DNA of 63,984 nucleotides, counting the filler, from Piptocephalis cylindrospora (Eukaryota), in NCBI GenBank assembly GCA_003614145.1. It is 9 parts of 9 records of this genome, joined end to end, with 100 filler letters (N's around TTAATTAATTAA, not from the genome) between each part and the next. Parts side by side here need not be neighbours in the genome. Positions count along the whole stretch, not along the records: positions 43,833 to 50,974 come from KZ988225.1; positions 51,075 to 58,212 come from KZ988226.1; positions 58,313 to 63,984 come from KZ988366.1; 6 more parts are not named here. One strand, 5' to 3'. Position numbers and translations under genes: made by a program. Below the pieces are notes generated by a model, which worked only from the letters and a program-made list of their open reading frames with translations, had not been told where the DNA came from and searched no databases. Shown in pieces: positions 48,319-60,447 of the stretch (within the stretch, counting starts at the first letter, position 1; each line of letters begins with the position of its first letter).

Positions 48319-49662
48319 TTACAAAAAGACATCTTCGACTTCATCCCTGAGAAACTGATCGTCGTGCCATTCGCCCATGCCACGCAAATCAACAGAAAGG
48401 TTACAAGGAAGGGAGCGAGAGCGGCAATCGGCCTGGGCATAGTAAAGGGCTTGGGCAGCAAGATCCTTGAGGCGGACGCCGGGAATCTTATCAACTTTTC
48501 GGGAGCCTTTGATGGCGAAGCCAAAGGGATTGGTAAGGGCTAGGTAGGAACCTCGACGGACGAGGATGTAGAAGAAGAGGCGCATGAGGAGGAGTGCTTT
48601 ATCGGCATGACGGGCAAGTTCGGCACGAAGAGACGAGGCGGCGTTACTGAGGGTGACGAAGGCAGGGTCAATACTAATGATGTGTTGGAGGAAATCATGG
48701 ACTTGGGCGGCAATGTTCTTGAAGACGGGCTCGACAGCAGCAAAGGCACAGCGATTCCTGGTGGCGTAGGAGGCATCGAGGAAGTGACCGCCGGACATCT
48801 TGGACCTCCAGAGATTGTCGATGCCTACCTTTCTCCCTTCCTCCATCTCTTCGGGGCTCTCTAGCTTAAGGTACCTTTCCACGGCACTGGCGATACCCTC
48901 ACTGGCCCGACGATTTATATCGTTTCGAAATGTCTTTTTCTCCCATATCCGAAAGTTTTGGATGACAAGATGTAATGATTCTGAGGAAATGTTCCAATCG
49001 TGTAATTGCTTCAACAGAAAGGATTGAAGGAAAGAGTAGGCCGTTCCACCGAGGGATGGGAAGAAGACGTTGATGAGACCCAGGCCCTCAGTCACACCAT
49101 GGACCAGGAGTTTTCCTAGCCGTCCTAGCTGTTCTGGCCATCCACGATTTCCAGGCATGGCATCTGGAGCTGTGGCGGTAGAGGTGGAGGCGGAAGAGAA
49201 GGAGGGAAAGGTTCCGGGCATTTCGAGACCCATGGGTTCTGGGGTGACGGGTGCAGGGTTACTGACAACGAGCTTACTCAAACGAGAAGCGGTGACAAAG
49301 GCCTCGGCCATGAAGAGCCCGTGCTTCATGGTGGCCATGTAGACCTTATGTTGATTTTTCATGACAGATCGTCTATTGGCACGGACATAGCCACGGACCA
49401 TGGCGTTGTAGGCGGTCCGACACCATCGTAGGCGACGGCAACTCAGGGCTCGCCTTGTCCTTTTCCACCAGGTCGCAGGGGCGGCAGGTTTTGTGGTTGA
49501 CTTTTTGAAGACGCCAATGATGTTGACCAAGCCACTCAAGGGGGATTCGGCAAGTTGTTCTGGGTAGAGGAGGCCTGAGGGGTTCTCCGGCGCTGGGGAA
49601 GATGTTGTTAGAGAGGAAAAAAGTACGAGAAGAAGGGGGAAGGCACGAATGGGAAGGAACAT
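48319..49662 (-). CDS. Orphan secreted protein (447 aa), candidate effector
   Basis: ATG 49662 gives MFLPIRAFPLLLVLFSSLTTS|SPAP (signal peptide); intronless; TATAA at ~49787-49791 on the minus strand; no recognised domain. Confidence 0.7.
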   Translation of the reverse strand: MFLPIRAFPLLLVLFSSLTTSSPAPENPSGLLYPEQLAESPLSGLVNIIGVFKKSTTKPAAPATWWKRTRRALSCRRLRWCRTAYNAMVRGYVRANRRSVMKNQHKVYMATMKHGLFMAEAFVTASRLSKLVVSNPAPVTPEPMGLEMPGTFPSFSSASTSTATAPDAMPGNRGWPEQLGRLGKLLVHGVTEGLGLINVFFPSLGGTAYSFLQSFLLKQLHDWNISSESLHLVIQNFRIWEKKTFRNDINRRASEGIASAVERYLKLESPEEMEEGRKVGIDNLWRSKMSGGHFLDASYATRNRCAFAAVEPVFKNIAAQVHDFLQHIISIDPAFVTLSNAASSLRAELARHADKALLLMRLFFYILVRRGSYLALTNPFGFAIKGSRKVDKIPGVRLKDLAAQALYYAQADCRSRSLPCNLSVDLRGMGEWHDDQFLRDEVEDVFL

Positions 49663-50396
49663 GGTCCGAGGGACGAGAAAGGACGTTGGCTGAGGCGGGG
49701 AAGTGGGAAACGTTAAGGAGGAAGAGGAGAAAAAGGAGGAACGCGGGGAGGATCGGGAGCGGTGTTGGCAGAACAGAGTCACTTAGTTATACTTGCTGGG
49801 CTTGAACATATTTTTGGACTTTTACGGGTATAGTATCCAAGATGGTGCACTTTTGAAACAATACTATTAAATAGAGGCCTTTCATTTTTTTAGCCCCTTT
49901 TTGAAGGGAAAGTAATGGATGTCACGTAGTGGAGCTCATTTGTGTAGATCCTGCCACTGAGTTTCCTATTTTGCTCATATCCCTCAGCCTGTAAATAAGG
50001 GCGTGGATCTGTGAAATTTCTTGAGTGCACTGTTCCCCCCACTCAACAATAATTTTTTCAATAGCAGTGTTTATGTCGTAATGGAGATGACTAGGGTAAG
50101 TCATGGTCTAAGGATGGTGTCAGTCCGTCTTCTTTCTGTCAGTACACACAACGTAGCATAAATTCACTCTGCACCACCATTACACCCTGGTCATGACCAT
50201 GAAGAGGCAATTTTTTTTGGATCAACCACTTATTCGTATATTCTCCATCCGAGTAAATGACAGTGAGAATATGTCATCGGGGAAAAGGAATGGGCGATGT
50301 TTGAGTAAACAATCAGAGATATGTCGTTGGAAAAAAAGATCGTATCGGACTTGGTAGTCAAAGATGGAGGGAGGATGAAAAGTATTATCGTATGCC

Positions 50397-50972
50397 TCAT
50401 TTGGCAGCCTTGAGCACCTCGAGAGTATCGGTGGACCATTTTTTGGAGATGACGTGAATTTTCGATCCGTATTCTTGAGTTTCCTCCAGAGTCTTTTTGA
50501 GCTCGATGTGCTTGTTCTTACCTTCATCCTTGGACACAAGGTCCTTAGCCACGGAGTGGATAGATGTGAAGAAGCTATTGACAAGCTTCTCAGTCCGAGA
50601 GATAAGCGCCTCGACGTCTTTGTTTATTTGAGCGATAGTCTTGGAGCTGACGCCATCGGGAAGGGTGATGACGTTGAGGAGATCGTGATAGAAGTGTCTG
50701 TAGGCGTCTACGACCTTGTTCTTATCGAGGACGACGTGGGAGATAAAGGTTTTGGGCTCATCCTTGGATAGTGATACGAACTTCTTGCGCTTCGGGAAAA
50801 ACCTCTTACCGGCGACCTTCCGTGCAGGCGAAGTGGCGCCTTCATGATCCGTTTTTACAACAATACGGCGCCTCTCACTCTCTAGATATTTTAGTGCTTC
50901 TTTAACATCCGACTTGAGTCTGAAAGAACGGAACTTCTTGCGGAAGAAGCCAAGAGAGCCTTCATTGGTAGT
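50397..50972 (-). CDS. 3' part of an unknown Lys-rich helical protein, truncated at contig end, absent from the ORF track
   Basis: Own translation: 191 sense codons open from the contig edge with no ATG: TTNEGSLGFFRKKFRSFRLKSDVKEALKYLESERRR...FFPKRKKFVSLSK...WSTDTLEVLKAAK-stop. Confidence 0.65.
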   Translation of the reverse strand, partial: TTNEGSLGFFRKKFRSFRLKSDVKEALKYLESERRRIVVKTDHEGATSPARKVAGKRFFPKRKKFVSLSKDEPKTFISHVVLDKNKVVDAYRHFYHDLLNVITLPDGVSSKTIAQINKDVEALISRTEKLVNSFFTSIHSVAKDLVSKDEGKNKHIELKKTLEETQEYGSKIHVISKKWSTDTLEVLKAAK

Positions 50973-50974
50973 GT

Positions 50975-51074
50975 NNNNNNNNNNNNNNNNNNNNNNNNNN
51001 NNNNNNNNNNNNNNNNNNTTAATTAATTAANNNNNNNNNNNNNNNNNNNNNNNNNNNNNNNNNNNNNNNNNNNN
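50975..51074. other. Synthetic contig-joining linker
   Basis: N44-TTAATTAATTAA-N44. Confidence 0.97.
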
Positions 51075-51095
51075 CCTCTTTTCCTTTCATGGTAG

Positions 51096-51503
51096 ATTTC
51101 CAAGGAAATGGTCGAAGGGATGGGTGGGGCGAATTCGCCCTACTACCAAAACTTCCGCTCTTACTGCTTTGTGGCCTTTTCTATTCTTCGACGCTCTTCC
51201 AACCTCATTCTTAATCTTTTTTCTCTTATGGTTAATGCAAACATCCCCGATATTGCCATTGAACCCGACAAGGCTGTTCTGAAGGTAGGTGGGGGAGAGA
51301 TACCCCCAGTGTGCTCTTTTCTTCCTCCCTCTCTTTAAACCTCTACATATTTCTGAGTGTAGGTCCAGGATAAGTTCCGCTTGGATCTCTCGGAGGAGGA
51401 AGCTATCCAGTACTTTCAGGTCCTGATCAACGAAAGTGTCAGTGCTCTCTTCCCTCAAGTCATCGAGACCATTCACAAGTGGGCTCAGTACTGGCGCAAA
51501 TGA
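51096..51503 (+). CDS. VPS34: Class III PI3-kinase Vps34, last two exons only
   Basis: [10 protein letters not shown]...[50 protein letters not shown]...[14 protein letters not shown]. Confidence 0.95.
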
Positions 51504-52019
51504 TCCAGGATGTGGGCTGTAGGAACGAGAGAGAGGGGGGGGGGTCTCCTGTACATGTTCTCTGAATGTGAGCGAGTCTTGAAAAATGCCAATGCACTGA
51601 ATGACTTGCAATACCCACTTATCTTATGCTGTCAAGTGATCTATCCGTAAATGGATAAGCATCCCCAACATTAAAACCATCCCTGGAGAGATGAGCCGCT
51701 CCTGCACATCACACACATTATTCTACCTTCCGCAGATTTTGCACAGGCACACGTCACTTGGCAGCGATAAGGCGGTCTGTTATTTCTCCGACACCCGGGG
51801 CAAGTATCTCGGGCCCAGGCAAACGATGACAGGCACCGTGCTGGAATAATGACCTCAGCACATACCCCATGGGTATATGGTCGTGACCCACAGTTGGGGT
51901 TGGTACTCTAGGATTGTACCCGAGAATCCGATGAATAAATTACTCTCCCTCCAACCCCATTATTCTTATCATCCTAGACTCTCCTTCACCCACCCATCTT
52001 ATTTCCCTCTTCATCAATC

Positions 52020-53418
52020 ATGTCTGTATCACTCATGGACGAGATCCCTGATGCTTCAGTCAGTCGACCTGATGCCCGGCCTATCTCTCGCCCGACCTCA
52101 TCCGTCAAGAGGCGCAATGCTACCCGCTGCCTTCAGTTCCTAGCTCTTATTCCTCTTTTCTATGCGGTAAACTGACTTATCCCTGAATTTGGGCTTCCTC
52201 CGCTTACCCCTCCCAAATATCCCCTCTAGGCCCTGATCCTCGTTGCTTGCCTCCCTGGGCCCCAAAGAAGTCTGGTATATATGAATGGGCTCAACTTTCC
52301 GCTTGGAGTCAACTTCTCTCAGCCTGAATCCTTAGGCTTTGCTCGTAAGAATGAAGAAAACATATACTACACAGGTGACTATCCCTAGATTGACCATCCT
52401 TTCTCGATCCTAGGTGGGAGGGTTCGTCCCCTAGAATTGGTGACTATGGATGATGTCCGGCTCCGTAAGTCATTTAGAATCACTAGTTAACTTCCATTGC
52501 CCATTCCCTCACTCATAATCCCTCCCTCTAGGAGCCTTTCTTTTCCTTCCCTTGGATCTGTACCATCATGAGGTGGATACCCCCAATCCTGAGCCCGAGG
52601 GCAAGGCCCTCCTAGATCGCGCCCTGGCAGAGAGAGAAACGGTCATCTATCTGCATGGGAATGCCGGAAACATGGCCCTGGGTCCACGCATGCACACTTG
52701 TCGTCGGATCTCCGAGTATATGGGTATGAATGCCTTAATCCTGGACTATCGGGGCTTTGGAGGATCTGAAGGCACGCCCTCAGAGGAAGGCCTTATCCAG
52801 GATGCTCGCTCGGCTTGGGACTGGCTCCGGGGTCATGGGGTTCCCGCCCAGCGGATTACTCTTCTTGGACACTCCCTGGGTACGGGTGTGGCGACTCGCT
52901 TAACCCATTCCCTCCAACAGGAGGGGGGAGTATCCGCTGGACCCCGAGCCCTTCTCCTCAAGTCTCCCTATACGTCACTTCCCGAGGTAGTCACGGACTT
53001 TCGCTTCTTCCGCTTCTTACCCCTCTTTGGTCCCCTTCGGTATCTACCAGGCATCAACAGTTTTATCTCCCGTATCATGGATACCCACTTTTCCACCCAT
53101 CACTATCTTCCCATGATTCAGTGTGATGTGGCCATCCTGCACGGGACTCGTGATGACCAAATCCCCGTGGATCATGCTCATCGCCTTCGTGACCTTCTCC
53201 TGGGCCCGATCGTGGGCGAGTCCGGGGAAGAAGTACTCCTCGAGGAGGCCTCCTTTCCCCTCGTTTCCATTCCCAATGCATACAATGTCTTGCATGTCGC
53301 TGATCACCACAGGCATATTCTTTTTCTCGAGCTCACTCACGCTACCCACAATGACATTCAGGAATACGATGTCACCTGGGAGAGTCTCCGAGTTTTCCTT
53401 CGTGGCCGTGTCGGTTAA
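52020..53418 (+). CDS. ABHD12/BEM46-like membrane-anchored alpha/beta hydrolase, spliced 5' end
   Basis: N-terminal TM (CLQFLALIPLFYA|ALILVAC), YLHGNAGN, DYRGFGGSEGTPSEEGLIQDA, nucleophile GHSLG, LHGTRDDQIP, C-terminal THND. Confidence 0.87.
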
Positions 53419-53611
53419 CGTGTATGGGCCGCACATTTTCCATATTCATTAAAATGCCCTTTTCTCCCGGGATAATACATCCCTACTATCCCATCCCCTC
53501 CCAACGATTTAACGTATGCGCATAAAATGTATTTTCCCGCCCCATCCCAGTCACTCCTCAACCCATATATCCCTCAGTGTGCTTAAAGCTTCGTCCTTCT
53601 TTTTTGCGCTC

Positions 53612-56600
53612 TCATCGTCTTCGGTCTGAATCGGACTCCTCCCGCCATTGGTTTTGGTAGGCAAGATGCCCAGTCCGATAGGCCCCGCGCCCCGATGCAC
53701 CATGTTGATTCCGAGCCCTTCGTAGACCCGATCGTCGACCTCCCCCTTCGACATTTGCATCTCGTTCTTCTCGAAGCATGGCCTCTCGATCCCGCTCCTC
53801 CATAGCGCTAGCCATCTCTTCTTGGCCCTTTTCCAGGGCTTTGCGCAAAGCCTGTTCTCGGACACCTCGTCGATCCAGCCATTGAATCAAGGATTCTAAA
53901 GCTTCTGCCGAATCCACACTTAGCCATTCCCCCTTGCCCTGTAGATCTTCCTTGAGGTCGACATCAGCAGCTTCTTCCATCGATACGTCCCCATCCCCTC
54001 CACCCGTGCTCTCGACCTTGACTTGTGCCATTTCCACATCCTCTTTCTTAATTTCTTGCTTCTCAAGCTCCTCCTCCTCAGGCTTCAGACCACGGGATTT
54101 TCGCCAAGCTTCAATGGCCTTGCGTTCATATATACTGCAGGGCTCAACATAAAGGACGGCGGGATCAGAGGCCTCTTTGAGCCCTGCTACCTCTCCAAAC
54201 CACCAGTATCGTCTCCACCAACGATCCCTCCCTAGGGACCGGGGTCTCTTCGCAGTGCACCGACGGATCTCCCGTTGGACTTGCTCCTCCTTCCGAGATA
54301 AGGATCGATCTTCATCGTCAAAGCGTCTCTTGGCTCGCATCCGCTCCTTTTGCCTCTCACCCTCCCGAAGCCTCTCCCGTTCCTCCTGCATACGAGCCAC
54401 GGCCTTTTGGTGGAGGATGGCCCGACGACTAGTGGTGCCCGTGGGGGCTCCCATCCCTCCTCCCTCCGGAGTGCCCGGGGGAGTGGAGGATTCCTCCCTA
54501 TCCTCTCGATCCATAAGATCAGAGGATTTGGGGGAAGCGGCCCCACCATTGGGCGTGGAGGCCCCAGTACTCCCACCACCCATCCCAAACCCATCTCCTG
54601 CCTCTGCGTCCTCAGCCTTGATGCGCTTCTCCCAGGCATCACGCTCAGAGGCTAATTTCCTTCGTTCCCGACCAAGCTCTACCCGTTCCTTTCGGAACTC
54701 CGTGGCCTCTTCCATACACTCATCCATGTAGCCTCGGATGGTTGGAGTATCCCCCAAAGTGTCGACCATCCACTGGAGGATAGTCACTTTATCCTTTGGG
54801 TCGAGTAAGTGGTACTGGGCAGTGATATCCTCCGTCTCCAGGCCTGTGGCTGTCACATGCTCTAGGATCCGACGAAGATCAGGAATTGACCCCTCCTTCC
54901 CAAGATCTCGCAAGCACATGGCGACCCGGGAAGCCCAATCCGAGTCACTCCCCTCAACAATGGACCCATGGGACCATTTGTCTGTCTTGGCCTTCCTCTG
55001 GATAACCGGTAGAGGCTGATACCCAGTCGAGGAGGATCGATGTTTGGCTTGAGACTTGGAAGAGGAGGAAGTTGCTCCGGCTTCCTGGCTCCCAGTCGAT
55101 TCATCATCTGAGTTCTCGCTCTCTTCCTCTTCTTCCTCCTCCTCTTCCTCCTCTTCCTCTTCCTCCTCATCGTCATCTTCATCCTCCTCAGTCCCACCGT
55201 CTTCATCCTCATCATCCTCGTCCCCGCCAGCAGAGTTGGCCAGGACACGCTCCTTGACGGCTTCACGCTTCCTCTCCACCATTAGAAGGGCCATACGATG
55301 AGCTTGGATGGTATTTCTTTCCACTGCTAAAGCCCTAACCAAAGCCACATTGATGGATTGCCACAGAGGACTAGGGGGTTCAAGGGAATGGTGATGGAGG
55401 CTAGCACGAAAGTCTCCCAGGGAAAAGGGGGAAAGTGATAAGGGAACTCTGGATGGAGTGGAGATGAAACAGAACATTAAAGATGGGTTGAAACCTCCTA
55501 CTGCTTTCCCCATATCATTTCTGAGCATCGGAGAGGCCACTTACGCAAAGGAAGAAAGGAAAAGCCAAATCTCGAGGATAGATCCAAAATAGGGCTCCAG
55601 GCCCGGGCGAAGATGAGAGGGAAAAATATCCTCTTGAGTCAGCCTCCGAGGGAATTCTGCACCCTTAATGGCGTGAAGCGGATTATAGAGGTTCAGATCC
55701 TCGACCGGGTACTTTATCGGCTCTATCCAAAACCACAGAAAGTAAAAGAAGGGAGTGGGTGAGATAAGGGGAAAGGAAAGGGGAGTAAAAAGGGTTTTCC
55801 TTTCGTCATCGCTCTAACCTACCAGGCACAGGCTTCCACTCCCCATTTTTTCCAGATATAGGGCCATTCTTCCCAGGACTCTGATGTAGAGATGCAATGC
55901 CCCCGGGACGGGAAAAAAGCCCAGGAAGACCAGATTGCTGTCCAGGGCCGGAAGTGGCTTGGAAATAGGCGTGGAGATTATTTCCGGATAAATCTGGACC
56001 ATGTTGCTTCTTGTGTTTCTTCTTGATTGGACGAGAAAGGTCCTGATCACCCAGGCCTTGAGGTTGTAAATGGGTTTCCAGACCAAGATACCGTATCAGT
56101 CCAGTGGAAAGGATGGTTCCAGACTTTCCCTTGCCCTTCTTCCTCTCCATCATTCTTTTGATCTCCTCAAGATACCAAGGTGGTGGGGTGGCATCTACCG
56201 AGTACCCTATGGCCAATGCTGGCTATTGGGGAAAAAAATAGAAAGAGGAGGGAGATGGGGGGAAGGGAGGGTGAGTAGAGTGCGCTAGGTCAATAAAAAG
56301 GAAGCATACCTAGATTCTCACCTTAATGACCAAGGGTGCATTGACGTAGGAGTCTCGGTGAAAGGCGTACCGAAGAAATTGGAGAACAATGCCTCTAGAA
56401 AGGACATTTCTTATACGGCTAGTAGAAGGTCCGAAACGAGTGTTATGGATTGTTAGGAGAAGAGTGAAGCACGAGAGAAGATGGGATTCACTTACGATAC
56501 AGTGGAAGCATCCGTAATCCACTCAAAGGAGCCTCCTGCATCGTTGGGAGATGTTGTCCCGAGCTGAGAGATACCAAGGCGAGACACACGATATTCCACT

Positions 56601-57374
56601 TCATCATCATCCTCCTCAGCAGTCTGAACCGAGGAGGCCGGGACATCGTTCAGGATGTGCATCAAGGAAGCTCTGGATCGACGAGGAAGGACCTGCATGA
56701 CCTTGACTGGCTCACTGTCCGGGTGGGGTAGGAAGGAAGATTAGAGGAATTGTGCAAAGGAGGAATAGCAAGTAACGGAAAAACATACAGTTGCCCTTGA
56801 TCATTGGTAAAATTCAAAATTTCATCGGTAAAGTACCGATTAGCCAGACGTTTAAGAACGTCATCGACAATGAGCTCGTACCTCTGAGTCTCTGAAGGGG
56901 AAATGGGAAGGGATGAGCGGTGTGTAGGAGGCAGGGGGCATGAGATTGGGGTTCATGATTTAAATTACAGTTCCAATAAGTACTTACTCCACTGGGAATG
57001 ACGTAAGATGGCACGACGAAGGGCCTTGCTGGGAAGACGTTCATGGACCAGACGGATAGACCTTGCTTCTGACTCCAAGGCCTCGGCGTATGTAAGGTTT
57101 AGCTTCCCCGTCAGTTCACATTGCCAAGCCCGACTGCTGTACATGGCCATTTTGGAGAGATATTCACTGTAATCCGAGAGAAGAGAAAGAGAGTGAGCAT
57201 TGAGATAGGGGAAGGTCCAAATGACATCACTCATCCCGAGGCGGAGAAGACTTACTCATAATCGAGGAAAATCTCCCCAGTCTGCTCAATGAACCATACC
57301 GGGGTATCCTCAGTCCCAGGTGTGCACTGGGGGGGCGGGACAGGAGAGACGTGTTTACGTCTCCATAACGGCAT
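53612..57374 (-). CDS. ITC1: ISWI chromatin-remodelling subunit Itc1/ACF1-like (WAC, DDT, WHIM1, WSD), multi-exon
   Basis: WAC domain MPLWRRKHV...VWFIEQTGEIFLDYE|EYLSKMAMYSSRAWQCELTGKLNLTYAEALESE; IKYPVEDLNL; WHIM1 YHLLDPKDKVTILQWMVD; LGRDRWWRRYWWF; LIQWLDRRGVREQALRKAL. Confidence 0.9.
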
Positions 57375-58212
57375 GACGGAGTAAGGTAGGGCGAGATGTA
57401 AATAAGATAAAAAGAGGACCGGGAAGGAGGGAGAGGGAAGAAGGAGAGAAGGAGGAAGGAGGAAGGAGGAAGAAGGACGCCAAGCAGCGACTTGCTTGTT
57501 TGTTAAGAAAGGAGGCAAAGGAGGGGTAGAAAGAGAGGAGGAAAGAAAAGAGAGGTGAGAGTGAAAGGCAAGGTGAGGAGTGGGGAGGGGGAGTCATTCC
57601 CTCACTCCCTCCCTCTCCGTCTCTCTTATACGGGTGTCCAGGGTTGCCTCACCTAGCCTCGGTTTGTTGCTGTCGTCCACGCGCGCGTCCCATCATCAGT
57701 CCCTCCTCTCCTCCTGCTCCTCGAAACCCGGCCCCTGACCTCACCCCGCGCCGACCTGTGTGATGCCAGAGTGGTGGAGGTCTAGTAATTGTTTATGGGC
57801 CAATAATGCCCGGTCTGGGCCACACCAGCCCCGCTCATCCCACGAGGGGTTTAGTACCATAGTGTTGGTGTGTAGGTAGGTGGGGGAGCTGGGGCAAGTA
57901 GGATGAGCGACGGTAGAGAATGTGAGGGAACGAAGGCCCAGCCTGAAGGTTGCCCCTCTCCCCCCCAATCCTTCCGTGCTGTGATATCACCGCGTAGGGT
58001 GACGCGTTGAGTCGCGTCGCGCGTTCCCCTATTCCTTGTACCTCATCCCTCTTCCATCAATAACATAACCTGTGAACCGTGTACCTTTGCGTCCTAGACA
58101 GACGCTCGCGCTAGTCGGGGTGCCTCAATAAATTCACGCCATTTGCGCCGAGAAAAATGGAGGAGTGGATGTTCCCACACCATTTCCTCCTTCCCCCCCT
58201 TCCCCCCCCCCC

Positions 58213-58312
58213 NNNNNNNNNNNNNNNNNNNNNNNNNNNNNNNNNNNNNNNNNNNNTTAATTAATTAANNNNNNNNNNNNNNNNNNNNNNNNNNNNNNNN
58301 NNNNNNNNNNNN
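58213..58312. other. Synthetic contig-joining linker
   Basis: N44-TTAATTAATTAA-N44. Confidence 0.97.
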
Positions 58313-58474
58313 GTGGTATGTGTGAGGAGTAGTAGTATGTGTGTGTGTGTGTGTGTGTGTTGCTCTCTGACTTCTTTCGCCTATCTTCTTAGCACCTTGC
58401 ATCCCCCACTTCTCCCCACTTTACCTTCACTGGCTTATCCCATCTCTCCTACCCTCGACATACAGTCCTGAGCC

Positions 58475-60142
58475 ATGGGTAATAATCACTCCTCCTACTC
58501 TTCGGGATCCGATACATCCAGTTCGGGGAAACGACTGGGTAAGGGGTTTCGATTAAGACGAACCCAGATGCCGGAAAGGGCTGCGGAGACTAAAAGCTCC
58601 CCAGATCCCTCCAGAATACCATCCACCACTGTGCTGGTCAATAATCACAAACGAGCCTCTTCCATGGGCGAAGATGCTGTTGGCTCCTCCCATCTCATCT
58701 CCCCTTGGTCAGGAAGCCTCAACTCCTCATCAACTGCCAACAGTAGTGGTACCTTCCATTCCTCTAACCCTCCCGACGGCACCATGCCCTCCCGGACCGG
58801 GAATAGCCCCTACCTCTCCTCCCTCTCTCATCCTCATCCGGAAATCGACATGGATGAGGCCAGGGACACTCTGGGGGAGACCCCGGTCCCCTGGTTTGAT
58901 CCTCAACAGGTCCATGCCCCCATGATGAAGGAGGTCTCCTCCTCATCCGTGTCTCCCTCCGCCGCCTCCTCCACCACCCCCCTCTCCTCTTCCTCCCTCC
59001 CTCCCCCCTCCCCCTCCCCCGCCTCCTTTCTCTTCCCTTCTAGATCCATCGATCAAGATGACCATTCCACCCACTCTACCCAAGGCGTCGACTCTGAAGG
59101 CCGCTACCCCGCCTCCCTCGCCCCCTCCTACCCTCTCAGTGGCGTCGAGGAAGTTGAAAGGGATCTTCCAGAGATACGGCGACTTGACCGTCAGCACAAC
59201 CTCCTTCGCTTTGTCACCCATCGTACCCATGTCACCCCGTACGGTAAGGATCCTCGTATGGCCCTGGATCTCAACACCGGTACCGGTATCTGGATGCGCG
59301 AAGTCTCCGAGGAGTATCCCGAGTGCCGCTTTGTCGGTGTCGATGCTCGACCCATGGGTGTCCTCTATCATCCCAACGACATGCCCATCAATTGTCATTA
59401 TGAGCAAGCTGATGCCCTTCAAGGTATGTTTTCCTTGCTCTCTCTCTCTCATCCATAGTACCTGCAAGTAACATGACCATCCCATCCTCATCCCCTCTCC
59501 CGCTCAGGCCTAACCCATATGCCCTCCAACCACTTCGACATCATCAACCAACGCTTCCAATTATTCCACTTTCCTAGCTTCCAATGGACCCCTCTGCTAG
59601 CCACAATTTATAGACTTCTCCGACCAGGTACGGGAATCATGGAACTGTACGAAACCAGCTTGTATCATCGTCCCTCCGACGTCTCTGTCAGTCAGGTCCC
59701 CGCTGCCTGCGCCTCCCTCAATGATGCCTTGGAGACCGCATGCTCCACCGTCGGAATCCACATCCGTGAACTCACTTCCATCCGCGGCATCATTGCCCAA
59801 ACCGGCTTTGTCGGTATGCGCGAACGCACTGTCCAGCTGGCCGTTGGTGAATGGGGCGGTGAGGCAGGCCAGATGATGAAGGATAATGTTCGGGGCATCC
59901 TTCAGACCTTCCGTACCCCTGTCATCCAACTTGGCGTCTGTCAGGAGGCCGAGTGGTCTCAATGGATGGAGCAATGGGAGGTCGAGTGCGAGGACGCCAG
60001 AATGTGTGTTGACATCCACATCTGGAGTGCCCGCAAGGACACGACCGCCTCTGCCCCTCCCTCTCTCCTCACCAGCGGCCACATCAGTACCCCCTCCTCC
60101 TCTCCCTCCCCTGCTTCCTCTATTCGTCCACCCCAATCTTGA
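58475..60142 (+). CDS. LaeA-like class I SAM-dependent methyltransferase with long Ser/Pro-rich N-terminus; intron ~59424-59507
   Basis: EIRRLDRQHNLLR, motif I ALDLNTGTGIW, EYPECRFVGVD, NHFDIINQRF, IYRLLRPG.GIMELYE, LAVGEWGG; N-terminus MGNNHS. Confidence 0.85.
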
Positions 60143-60447
60143 GTTCCCTGGTCTCCTTCCCTTTTGTGATGGCGTCCTTGGGCCTTGTTCTTTTGTAATC
60201 AATAAACGCGGATCTACCTTCCTCTGTGTCTTATCATATGTCTATCGGCCTCGCCCATCCTGTGTCTTGCTGAGTTTACCAAAGTGGAGGCAATTCACCT
60301 TGCTTATATTATCCAAGCGCTTCCTGCTTAAAATCATGTCGTCTCATCCCCCCATCCTCTCCCTACCTCTGGCACACACACACACACACACACTGGTCTC
60401 GTAGAGGTGACCCCTCTGGATAAAAATACACAGTCTCTTATCTTTTC

